A stretch of DNA of 64,000 nucleotides from a virus (taxonomy: Duplodnaviria > Caudoviricetes). The stretch lies in IMG/VR virus record IMGVR_UViG_3300025018_000141, positions 10,392 through 74,391 of that record; one strand, given 5' to 3'. Both the position numbers and the translations under genes were made by a program. Shown here in pieces: positions 19,835-28,752 of this stretch. Below the pieces are notes generated by a model. It ran no database searches. It saw only the letters and a program-made list of their open reading frames with translations, and was not told the origin of the DNA. Each line of letters begins with the position of its first letter. The first letter of the stretch is position 1.

Positions 19835-21781
19835 ATGCCAATAACAGCCTTCAATCCTCCAAAATTTAAACCCCCAAAGGAATCTGTTGTTTCGTGGGAA
19901 ACATGGAGAAAGGGGCTAAACCTACTTCTACGAGAAAATGAACTTGAGGGAGAGGAAATGACAAAGTGTGACAACCTTATTCTTATTGGATCGGGAGTTC
20001 CAACTAAGCGCTGGGGAAATCAAAATCACTTTTTAGCAGGACCTACTGGAGGAACAAAATTCTTGACATATATTAAAGATGCAAATGAAAACATTCAAAT
20101 TATTGCATTAACCGATTGGGGCCAAATGGTAAAAAAAAGCGGAACATCTTATACTCCTTTAGTTGGGGCATCGTGGCCTTCAGGAGAAATGCCAACCGCA
20201 ACTCAACTTGGAGGAAATGCATATATAGTAAGCTCGGGTAGAGAAATGGTTAGATATAACTTTTCAACTCTTGTAAACTTTGCAACAATTGCTACACCAG
20301 TAGGACTAAAAGCAACAAATATTTCTTCTGCTTCGGGATCTTCTACATGGTCATGGAGAGTAACCGCAACGGGAAAATCTGGAGGAGAAACAATAGCGTC
20401 AACAGCAGTATCTCTTCCAACAATGCCAGATGATTTAACCAAAACAGTTGTAAAGGTTAATTGGACCGCAGTTTCTGCTGCATCTGGCGATCTTGTTGGA
20501 TATAACTTATACCGAGGATCGCCTGGAAATGAAGTGTGGATAGGGGGAGTAGAATCCAACACTACTTCATATGATGACTTAGGAATGCCGACAAATGATC
20601 CATTCAGAACTGCACCTGTTGCCGACACTACTGGAGGGCCAAAGGCTAAATATATTATTAGATATCAAGATAGACTTATTTTGACTGGAATCCCTGGACA
20701 ACCTGCCCGAGTTCTTGTATCTGGACGATATCCAGATCAAGAAAGATTTGACTGGTATGCAGGGGGCGGATATGTTGACGTTGAGCCAGACTCTGGAGAA
20801 AATATAACGGGTCTTGGAATTTATCAGGAAAAATTAGTTATCTTTAAAGAAAACTCTGTTTGGCAGATATCTCTAAATCAAATACAATTTGGATCATATC
20901 TTATTCTTGATCCTCAATATAAACTTCTTACGGCATCACAGGGTTGTTCTTCTCATCGATCTATTGTCCCAGTTGAAAATGACTTGATGTTTGAAAATAG
21001 AAAGGGAATTTATATTCTTAGATATGAGCCTCAACTTTTGACCATTTTAAATGCGAATGAAATTTCAGCAAAAATTCGACCATTTTTTGAAGGTTTAACC
21101 GATACAGATTTAACAAATTGTGCAGGAGTGTATATTAATAAAAAATACATCCTTTCTTTTCCAATAAGTAAGAAAACAATCGTGTTTGATAGAGAACGAC
21201 TATCGTTTATGGGACCATGGACTACTCCATTTGGAATATCTCAATGGGTCAGATACATCGATTCATCGGGAGTTGAAAAGTGGATTGCAGCAGATTATGA
21301 CGATAATTATGTTACTGAATTTTCTGAGGATTTAAGTGATGATAAGGGAACTGCCATACAAACTTTATTTAAAACTAAACGCGAGGACTTTAAAGATTGG
21401 ACAATTATGAAAACAATTAATGAAATGTATATGTCTTTCCAGTCTATAAAAGGGAGCGTCTCTATAAATATTTATATTGAAGATAGAGAGGGATCCACTG
21501 TCACAGCAAGAGCGTTTACTTTATCTGAATCGGGAAGCTCGGGAACCTCAGGGCTTGGAACAGACCCAATAGGACTGTCTGGTGTAGGTGTATCGAATAA
21601 TAATCCAACTGCAATAAACTTTAATATTCAAAAAAAGGCATTTCTTTATAAGTCTTCTCGAGTATTTCAGGTAGAAATACGAACAGTAAATTCGGCAGAT
21701 AATTATGAACTACTTGCCATAAAGACTGTTGGAATCCCGCAAAGTCGCGGAAATTCACCTTCGAGTTGGAATGTGTCTTGA
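19835..21781 (+). CDS. Putative tail tubular B / DNA stabilisation (P22 gp10-like) beta-propeller protein
   Basis: 648 aa, beta-rich with an Ig/FN3-like insert; YQDRL, GCSSHRSIV motifs typical of podophage nozzle proteins. Confidence 0.6.
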   Translation: MPITAFNPPKFKPPKESVVSWETWRKGLNLLLRENELEGEEMTKCDNLILIGSGVPTKRWGNQNHFLAGPTGGTKFLTYIKDANENIQIIALTDWGQMVKKSGTSYTPLVGASWPSGEMPTATQLGGNAYIVSSGREMVRYNFSTLVNFATIATPVGLKATNISSASGSSTWSWRVTATGKSGGETIASTAVSLPTMPDDLTKTVVKVNWTAVSAASGDLVGYNLYRGSPGNEVWIGGVESNTTSYDDLGMPTNDPFRTAPVADTTGGPKAKYIIRYQDRLILTGIPGQPARVLVSGRYPDQERFDWYAGGGYVDVEPDSGENITGLGIYQEKLVIFKENSVWQISLNQIQFGSYLILDPQYKLLTASQGCSSHRSIVPVENDLMFENRKGIYILRYEPQLLTILNANEISAKIRPFFEGLTDTDLTNCAGVYINKKYILSFPISKKTIVFDRERLSFMGPWTTPFGISQWVRYIDSSGVEKWIAADYDDNYVTEFSEDLSDDKGTAIQTLFKTKREDFKDWTIMKTINEMYMSFQSIKGSVSINIYIEDREGSTVTARAFTLSESGSSGTSGLGTDPIGLSGVGVSNNNPTAINFNIQKKAFLYKSSRVFQVEIRTVNSADNYELLAIKTVGIPQSRGNSPSSWNVS

Positions 21782-21875
21782 CAAACGTTTTTTTAGTTCA
21801 TTACTATTATTTTATAGTCAATTAAGATTAACACAATCATTTGACCGTCACTCTTTATTTGGACGGTCTTTTTTT
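21778..21875 (+). promoter_or_regulatory. Promoter + leader + terminator hairpin
   Basis: TTGACA-18-TACTAT; CATTTGACC; stem GACCGTC/GACGGTC plus T7 just before ATG 21884. Confidence 0.6.
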
Positions 21876-21883
21876 ATACGCTT

Positions 21884-22768
21884 ATGACAGCATTTTTGTG
21901 GAAGGTATCAACAATCAATGGATTTAATTCAACACTAAATGGAAGTATCAACGACTCAGATACAACTATTACTTTATCTGCAACTACGGGTCTTCAGGCT
22001 CCTGGTATTCTTGTAATAGATCGCGTGGACTCTACTGACACTTCGACTCCATCGCTTAGAGAATATGTTTCCTTTACAGGAATAAGTTCAAATCAAATTA
22101 CTGGAGTAACAAGAGCAAGAGCCTCATCTACCGCACAATCACATAATTCTGGAGCAAAAGTAGAAGAAGTAATATCTGCAACACATTGGGGAGACTTTTA
22201 TGATTGGGCAATAGCGGAACACGGTACTGATGGAACTCATAAAGCTGATGCAATAAATGCTATAACGGAAATTGCAACTGCGATAAAGTCTGGTGCTGAC
22301 GCAAAACTTATAACTGGTACTGCTGGTACATCGGGTGATATGCCTATATGGAATGCAGATGGTGATATTGTAGATGGACCAACTCCACCAACAGGTGCTA
22401 TAGTTGGGACAACTGATACGCAAACCTTAACCAACAAACGTATCACACCACGAACAGGGACAACCACATCTCACGCAACCCCAACAATAAACACAGACAA
22501 TGTAGATTTCTACTCCATAACAGCACAGACCGAGGCAATAACCTCGATGACAACCAATTTGTCAGGTACTCCAACGAATTTTCAGTCACTTGTTATTCGT
22601 ATAAAAGATGACGGAACAGCACGGGCTATCACATGGGGAGCTAGTTTTGAAGCTAAAGGATCACCGCTCCCGACTACAACTGTTTTGGGGAAAGTATTAA
22701 CAGTCGGATTTATGTATGACACCGTAACCTCTAAATGGGGTTGTCTAGCAGTTCAAAACGAAGCGTAA
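21884..22768 (+). CDS. Tail fibre-like structural protein
   Basis: Thr/Gly-rich; TTLNGSI..TTITL, EYVSFTG..ITGVTRA..AQSHNSGAKV and TDTQTLTNK fibre motifs. Confidence 0.65.
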   Translation: MTAFLWKVSTINGFNSTLNGSINDSDTTITLSATTGLQAPGILVIDRVDSTDTSTPSLREYVSFTGISSNQITGVTRARASSTAQSHNSGAKVEEVISATHWGDFYDWAIAEHGTDGTHKADAINAITEIATAIKSGADAKLITGTAGTSGDMPIWNADGDIVDGPTPPTGAIVGTTDTQTLTNKRITPRTGTTTSHATPTINTDNVDFYSITAQTEAITSMTTNLSGTPTNFQSLVIRIKDDGTARAITWGASFEAKGSPLPTTTVLGKVLTVGFMYDTVTSKWGCLAVQNEA

Positions 22769-22771
22769 CCT

Positions 22772-23449
22772 ATGGCACTTACTGATAATTTAGTCTCATA
22801 TTACAAACTTGAAGGAAACTCAACGGATAGTGTTGGGAGTAATAACGGAACGGATACATCAATCACATACAGTCATGCAAACGGTAAAGTATTACAAGGT
22901 GCAGGATTTGGCGGTGCATCAAAGATTTCTCTTGGAACAAGTTCAACTCTTAATCCCGCAGCACTCACCATCACAGCATGGGTAAAGGCTTCATCTTTTG
23001 CAAACGCTTATAACGCTGTTTATGCTCGTACAACCGATGCTGACGGATTAAAATTTAATTTGCTTTCTGTTAAGACAGACGGAAGAATAGCTGTTTATTT
23101 CAGCGGTACAGGCGGAACAATATCATCAGATGGACCAAGTACAACAGCTATATCAACTGGTACTTGGTATTTATTAACTATGACATATAGCACCACAGCG
23201 GGACTCATCATATATATAAATGCTGAAGTTGATAATTCTGTTGCCGCAAATGGAACTCTAGCGACTATTACAGGTACATCATATATTGGAGAAGATGCCT
23301 ATTATACCCCCCGATTCTGGAACGGTGCAATAGATGAGGTTGGTGTTTGGAGTCGTGTACTCACTCCAACAGAAATAACTCAGTTATATAACTATGGAGC
23401 AGGACTAACGTATCCATTCACTTCATCTTCATTTTTAGCATTTATGTAA
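22772..23449 (+). CDS. LamG/concanavalin A-like domain virion protein
   Basis: LVSYYKLEGN, LTITAWVK, GAIDEVGVWSRVLTPTEITQLYN. Confidence 0.85.
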   Translation: MALTDNLVSYYKLEGNSTDSVGSNNGTDTSITYSHANGKVLQGAGFGGASKISLGTSSTLNPAALTITAWVKASSFANAYNAVYARTTDADGLKFNLLSVKTDGRIAVYFSGTGGTISSDGPSTTAISTGTWYLLTMTYSTTAGLIIYINAEVDNSVAANGTLATITGTSYIGEDAYYTPRFWNGAIDEVGVWSRVLTPTEITQLYNYGAGLTYPFTSSSFLAFM

Positions 23450-23455
23450 CTTTAT

Positions 23456-24196
23456 ATGAATATAATCCAAGACCAATCACCAAACAAAACTATAGGACGT
23501 GCAGGGAAGACAATCTCAACAATCGTACTTCATTCGACATACGGCTCATATTGGGGATCAGTCGCATGGCTCAAAAACCCAACTGCTAAAGTCTCATCCC
23601 ACTACATCATAAGTCGAGAGGGTGAGATAAGAAAATTGGTAAGTGAAGCAAATACCGCATGGCACGCTGGAAACTTGTCAGTCAATCAGGAGAGTATCGG
23701 GATTGAGACGGCTGACGACAAATCAAAAGATATTACACAAAAAGCAAAGGACGCTCTCATCTGGTTAGTGGCAGATATTAAAAAAAGATACACCATTCAA
23801 AGTATTAAATTTCATCGAGAGATTGTGTCTACCGCTTGCCCGTATTTGAATATAGATAAGGCATGGTTTGTGGCACTTGATCCTCTTACTGAATGCTTAC
23901 GCCAACATACAGAATTAGTTTCTGAAGTCAATGAACTAAAAATAAAACTAGACCAACAGAAACTTGACTTTGAAGCGACAGAGAAACGACTTGTGGCTGA
24001 GAAGGATGGAATTGTAAGAGAAAAAGACGCTGTCATCGTGGGGCTCAATAATAAGCTAAAGGTACAACAGGTGCAAATTGATGGTTTCCAAAGTGAGATA
24101 GTATCCAAAAAATCAGAGTGGGCGCTAGAGTGCCAAAACGAAAAGAAGGAATTAGTTAATAAAATTAGTGAGTATTCAAAAACACTTATAACATGA
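23456..24196 (+). CDS. Endolysin: N-acetylmuramoyl-L-alanine amidase (Amidase_2) with C-terminal coiled coil
   Basis: IVLHST, VSSHYII, AWHAG, SIGIE, FHRE..TACP. Confidence 0.9.
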   Translation: MNIIQDQSPNKTIGRAGKTISTIVLHSTYGSYWGSVAWLKNPTAKVSSHYIISREGEIRKLVSEANTAWHAGNLSVNQESIGIETADDKSKDITQKAKDALIWLVADIKKRYTIQSIKFHREIVSTACPYLNIDKAWFVALDPLTECLRQHTELVSEVNELKIKLDQQKLDFEATEKRLVAEKDGIVREKDAVIVGLNNKLKVQQVQIDGFQSEIVSKKSEWALECQNEKKELVNKISEYSKTLIT

Positions 24197-24330
24197 CAAA
24201 ATACAAACAAGAAGTTGAGCGATTAAATCATCTTATTGATACAAAGTACGTGCAAAAAGCACGAAGTAAAATAGTTTGTGCGCTTTATAATGTAGCACTC
24301 GACATTGAAAAATATTTTCAGAAAAAATGA
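24193..24330 (+). CDS. Small hypothetical protein (45 aa)
   Basis: Manually read ORF overlapping both neighbours by 4 nt. Confidence 0.4.
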   Translation: MTKYKQEVERLNHLIDTKYVQKARSKIVCALYNVALDIEKYFQKK

Positions 24331-24626
24331 GCAAAGAATATTACAGACACACAAAGAGGAATGATGACATGGGAGGATTGCCAAAATGGAGAGTGGACAA
24401 TCTCTATACTTTTATTGCATCCATAATAACGATGACCATGACCATTGCAGGATTTTATTTTGCAATGGTAAATAGACTTAATATCATCGAGCAGAAGCAA
24501 AACTACACCAATGAACAGTTTGCTGAACTTAATATTTCTCTGAAAGAACGAAGGGCATTGAATAATGATACAAGAGAACGGGTTATTACGCTAGAATCTG
24601 AAGTTAAAGAATTAAAATCGAATTAA
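24327..24626 (+). CDS. Membrane protein with one TM helix and a coiled coil (lysis-associated?)
   Basis: Hydrophobic LYTFIASIITMTMTIAGFYFAMV segment next to the endolysin. Confidence 0.5.
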   Translation: MSKEYYRHTKRNDDMGGLPKWRVDNLYTFIASIITMTMTIAGFYFAMVNRLNIIEQKQNYTNEQFAELNISLKERRALNNDTRERVITLESEVKELKSN

Positions 24627-24644
24627 AAATTATAATCAAAAATC

Positions 24645-24836
24645 ATGAATAGAGCAAAAGCGATCAACGTCGCAAAATACGCAGGAACCAGTATCACGCT
24701 TGGCACTGCAATTACTGCAATCATCATATTCGCATTTCCAAACCTCAAGGAGATAAGTGAGGCTATTTCAGCACTTGTCATCTTTGGAGTGAACTTGGGA
24801 CTTGTGTGGAGTGGTGTATTATCAGATAGTGAGTGA
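24645..24836 (+). CDS. Putative holin (2 TM)
   Basis: 63 aa with two hydrophobic helices in the lysis module. Confidence 0.5.
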   Translation: MNRAKAINVAKYAGTSITLGTAITAIIIFAFPNLKEISEAISALVIFGVNLGLVWSGVLSDSE

Positions 24837-25038
24837 TATAATAAAATTCATAGGTACTGAGCATAATACCATTATTCAAAATGTACCAGCTGTCAAGCCT
24901 CTGCTGTCAGACAAGCTTGGTGCTATAAGGAGATATCCTGATCTAACCTTCCTCCCCGATGCATAGAGTGCAACCGATGGTATCGGTGGGGAGGATGTAA
25001 TAAAATCTATGCAATAATAGTTAAACCTATGTAAATCT

Positions 25039-25251
25039 ATGTCAGAAATGGATTACAGCTACGTACCGCCAGTCAAAGAATTTCAAAACGAGCAAGGATT
25101 TTGGGAAGCAGTAGCCCCTGCGCTACTCTTTCTTCCTATTGATGAGGTAATCAATGTTGCCGCATCTGTTGGAGCGTGGGATATCCAAAAACAAGCGCTT
25201 AAGGATAAAGGATATCTTACAGGAACTATGCAAACACCAGATATCATATAA
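25039..25251 (+). CDS. Hypothetical protein
   Basis: ORF track only. Confidence 0.4.
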   Translation: MSEMDYSYVPPVKEFQNEQGFWEAVAPALLFLPIDEVINVAASVGAWDIQKQALKDKGYLTGTMQTPDII

Positions 25252-25255
25252 GATT

Positions 25256-25444
25256 ATGGAACGCTTTACCCCTACTCAAAAAGAAGAAGCTATAAAATAC
25301 GGTGGTTCTGATTTTGATGAGTGGGAGGAATACCTAAAAGTACCTGATCCTAATTACTGCGATAAATTGAACCATGCCGAGAGATCAATGGCTAATGATA
25401 ACGGGCAACATCAAGAGCATTGGAAAAATGAAATAAAACAATAA
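25256..25444 (+). CDS. Hypothetical protein
   Basis: Internal ATG of ORF 25154..25444, just after the upstream stop. Confidence 0.35.
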   Translation: MERFTPTQKEEAIKYGGSDFDEWEEYLKVPDPNYCDKLNHAERSMANDNGQHQEHWKNEIKQ

Positions 25445-25520
25445 GTCTGCCTAGAATCTGCCTAAACCTACCTAAGATTCATAACCTCTTCACCAAACAA
25501 AATTCAAAACCTCCCGTGAC

Positions 25521-25724
25521 TTAATAATTAAAACTGTTTATCTCATAATCCCTTTTACATTCTGAACTGCATGTTTTTCCACTACCAGTCTTGATTCTGG
25601 CAATTGTTTTCCATGCAAATTCACCACACGACCTACACTTTATTTTCCCTAAAAGCGCCCTAGCTATTTTTTTCGTTGCGTATATCTTGATGCCATTTAT
25701 TTGCATACTAGTTTTCCATATCAA
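25521..25724 (-). CDS. Small Zn-finger protein
   Basis: CRSCG..TCSSEC. Confidence 0.45.
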   Translation of the reverse strand: MIWKTSMQINGIKIYATKKIARALLGKIKCRSCGEFAWKTIARIKTGSGKTCSSECKRDYEINSFNY

Positions 25725-25773
25725 GCTGATAATTCACTCCCACCTACTCCATAACGGAGTAAGTGGCAAAAAA

Positions 25774-26013
25774 TTACTTTACTGCTTCATCTCGATATTG
25801 TTCTGGTAATTCGCTACCAATCTCCTCAAGAACTTTTCCAGCCCACATCTTTCCTTCTTGTAATTTCGTTACGACAAGACTTATTTCACGACCCCCACCA
25901 CCATGACCTGCCTTTCCCTGAAGCGCCTGTGCGCTTTTTATAACAGCATCGACTGCTTTTCTGAAAGCATGTATCTCGTCCGTTTGTAAATTACTTGGGT
26001 TTCTGTCATCCAT
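25774..26013 (-). CDS. Small helical protein, possibly Acb2/Tad1-like
   Basis: REISLVVTKLQEGKMWA motif; preceded by a GGAGG RBS. Confidence 0.45.
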   Translation of the reverse strand: MDDRNPSNLQTDEIHAFRKAVDAVIKSAQALQGKAGHGGGGREISLVVTKLQEGKMWAGKVLEEIGSELPEQYRDEAVK

Positions 26014-26423
26014 TATTTTCCACCTCCTTTCTTTTTCTTAACTTTTGATTCATTCATAAATCGCCATAATGTTTTAAACCAATACTCAACATAATACGCA
26101 AATGCTTCTTGAGATGATTTATGAGTGTCTATTGTTAGCCCTTTATTCTCAAAAGTATCTATGACCATGTGAGTGACTTCGTGCAATAAACAATAGAAAT
26201 CCTTTTTACTCTTGACCCATATATAGTATGAATATCCCCTAACTATTTTTGGGAAATCTTTTTCATATAAAGGTAGCGCAACACCTATGGTATTTACTAA
26301 ATCTTCTGAAATTAAGGGTAGTCCCCATTTTTTCAGTGCTTTATTTGCTTCATCAAAAGTGCAATCCGTTATAAAAACCATTTCAAATTTATAGACTGGC
26401 TCAAAAAACTTTTTTATTTTCAT
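26013..26423 (-). CDS. HExxH putative metallopeptidase-like protein
   Basis: LLHEVTHM..EAFAY. Confidence 0.5.
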   Translation of the reverse strand: MKIKKFFEPVYKFEMVFITDCTFDEANKALKKWGLPLISEDLVNTIGVALPLYEKDFPKIVRGYSYYIWVKSKKDFYCLLHEVTHMVIDTFENKGLTIDTHKSSQEAFAYYVEYWFKTLWRFMNESKVKKKKGGGK

Positions 26424-26429
26424 ATATTT

Positions 26430-26699
26430 TTAATTATCATATTCGCCATCTTGCATTTTTCTATCAATTTCCAACAAATCAGTATGTAATTTCATTTTGG
26501 GAGCATCAAAACTATTTTTATGAAAGTCATGGTAACGATAGTTAATAGCTTTATTTAGTAACTCGGCTAAATCCAGACACAAAGCTTTATGGTTTACATC
26601 TTTTGAGTAATCGGCATTTTCTAAATTCTCAATCACTTTTTTTAAGTAATCATCAATTTTATTCATATTAGTATTAAATTTATAAGCTACACACATCAT
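26430..26699 (-). CDS. Hypothetical protein
   Basis: ORF within the minus-strand run. Confidence 0.45.
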   Translation of the reverse strand: MMCVAYKFNTNMNKIDDYLKKVIENLENADYSKDVNHKALCLDLAELLNKAINYRYHDFHKNSFDAPKMKLHTDLLEIDRKMQDGEYDN

Positions 26700-26707
26700 A
26701 TTTTGGG

Positions 26708-27256
26708 TTATAAATCATCTATTTTTATTACTTTCTTATCTTTATTTAAAAGTATAATCTCTCCAGTATTCCTTTCTGCAACAGCATATAGATTAGCTGT
26801 CTTCCTTAATGTTTGTTCAAATGTTAGTCTATTATTTTTTCCTCTATATCCAGTTCTTATTTCTATCTGATAAAGATTCCCATTTCTTTCAGCTATTACA
26901 TCGCAGTAACAATGAGGAGACAATGCACGAAAAACATTAAATTTATTTTTTAATAAATAAGTTGATACTTCAAGTTCTGAAATAGATCCGACAGTTCCAG
27001 GGGCTATTCCTCTATTTGTGTAAACCTTTCTTCCATAAGTAGATTGACTACATTCGTTTGAACAATACTTTTGACTATCTATATAGCTTTTATATTCTTT
27101 ATTGCAGACTTCACATTTTTTTAACTTTGTTCTATCAACTCTCCATTGACATTGTTTTGAACATGCGGTTTTTTCTTTAAAAATAGTTGTGAAATATCTT
27201 CCGCATATAGGGCAATTTATTTTATATCTTGGATATTTTATTATTTTTGTATTCAT
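26708..27256 (-). CDS. Zn-finger + PD-(D/E)XK endonuclease (free-standing homing-type)
   Basis: Repeated CxxC..CSxxC; ELEV..CDVIAE..QIEIRT; own promoter TTGACA-17-TATTCT. Confidence 0.7.
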   Translation of the reverse strand: MNTKIIKYPRYKINCPICGRYFTTIFKEKTACSKQCQWRVDRTKLKKCEVCNKEYKSYIDSQKYCSNECSQSTYGRKVYTNRGIAPGTVGSISELEVSTYLLKNKFNVFRALSPHCYCDVIAERNGNLYQIEIRTGYRGKNNRLTFEQTLRKTANLYAVAERNTGEIILLNKDKKVIKIDDL

Positions 27257-27600
27257 TAACCATAGAATACACCTATTCTACTGTCTTGTCAATAACAGAA
27301 CTCATTCTACGTCTAAAAGATCACGTTCTGGGGAGGGGAGAGCCACTATATCTTAACAACACCCCATATTGCAATTACCATTAACATCTATCGAATGTTC
27401 TTTAGGTCTGTCTACGTGATTTTCTACTTTGTCGCATACTTCACAAATACCCATATAATTTACAGGTTTGTGTGTTTCACATCCAGTACAATTTCCTCGT
27501 TCATAAATATAAAGTTCGCGGTTGTTTTTCATATAATCCCTTTCTTTTTACAATTTATAATATGTTTAATTATATCATTGTTTCCATTTTAAAAAAAGAG

Positions 27601-27701
27601 TTGACAAAGTATAAATTAGTCTGTTTTAATGTTTACATAGGTAACACATACACACATTGTCAGTTACTACCAGCCACCAAAATAATCTAGGTGGCTTTTT
27701 T
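27601..27701 (+). promoter_or_regulatory. Promoter + leader + terminator hairpin
   Basis: TTGACA at 27601; stem AGCCACC/GGTGGCT plus T-run before ATG 27719. Confidence 0.5.
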
Positions 27702-27718
27702 ATTATTTACTTTTTGAA

Positions 27719-28114
27719 ATGGATAATCAACCAACAGAAAACCCCTTTGCGGGCATGATGGCTGCAATGAGAAGATCACAATCACAACAAGCACCACAAG
27801 GAGCAGGTGGAGGAATGCCAATGCAAGGACAAGCTCCACAAGGGCCAGAAGTGCCGCCAGAAGATAATCAGTTCATGAGGGGACAGGGCGCGGGAAATTC
27901 ACAATTTCTTATTGGAGCGGTACAGCAATTACAGAAATATATAACTAATTCTACTGATCCAACAGAAATCCAGATCGCAAGAAATATTGTTATGCTTTTG
28001 AATAAACTAGTCGAAAAAGAGCAAGAAGCAAAGGTTTCTGAAATAGGAGAATTAGGACAAGGTATGCAAGAAGCACCTATGTCGCCACCCCCACAACAGG
28101 GATTTGGTGGATAA
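27719..28114 (+). CDS. Gln/Pro/Gly-rich putative internal virion protein
   Basis: Low-complexity, at the head of the ejection-protein-like cluster. Confidence 0.5.
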   Translation: MDNQPTENPFAGMMAAMRRSQSQQAPQGAGGGMPMQGQAPQGPEVPPEDNQFMRGQGAGNSQFLIGAVQQLQKYITNSTDPTEIQIARNIVMLLNKLVEKEQEAKVSEIGELGQGMQEAPMSPPPQQGFGG

Positions 28115-28119
28115 AACAC

Positions 28120-28237
28120 TTGACAAACAAAAAGATAGTTCTTTACTATTAGAGTAAAAGAATTTTATTACACAAAATAGTTAGGTAGCGAAACGTTCGC
28201 ATTTAACCATCCGAAGAAAAAGGGGTGGATTTTTTTT
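28120..28237 (+). promoter_or_regulatory. Promoter + leader + terminator hairpin
   Basis: TTGACA-18-TACTAT; CATTTAACC; stem CCATCC/GGGTGG plus T-run. Confidence 0.55.
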
Positions 28238-28240
28238 GCC

Positions 28241-28711
28241 CTAAAGAGTTGAGAATGTATGAACGGTATAAAAACCATTTGTTTTTATACAACTATATTT
28301 GAAATCTTTTTCTAAATTTTCTAAATGTGTAGGTGAATTAATCCATGCATTTAAAACCTCTTCGGAAAAATTATATCCTTCAGCTATGTTTTCACCATAC
28401 TGACAAGAACTACATGGAGGATTTTTGGTTGAATAGAACTTATCATGAGAAAAGTCAGCTTTTATTTCTTGAAGACGAAGCTCAGCAAATTTACAAATAG
28501 CATCTGATTTTACATAAGGATCGAGATATTTATCATATCTCCATCGTTGTATGAGATCAAATAAATCTCGTTCATTAATAGAGTGCGTGGTTTGAAAACG
28601 TATAGAATAATCAGTCGGATCAATATTTTTTTGATTTAAAGCTGAAGCTCTATACCCAATAGAAAAACCTATTATGAGCGAAATTATAAAAATAAAAATT
28701 TTTGAAATCAT
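28241..28711 (-). CDS. CAP/SCP-domain exported protein (moron)
   Basis: N-terminal hydrophobic signal; FSHD, YGENIAEG, AWINSPTHLENL. Confidence 0.85.
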   Translation of the reverse strand: MISKIFIFIISLIIGFSIGYRASALNQKNIDPTDYSIRFQTTHSINERDLFDLIQRWRYDKYLDPYVKSDAICKFAELRLQEIKADFSHDKFYSTKNPPCSSCQYGENIAEGYNFSEEVLNAWINSPTHLENLEKDFKYSCIKTNGFYTVHTFSTL

Positions 28712-28752
28712 ATAGATACATTATAACATAGTTATCAAATTAATACAATATT

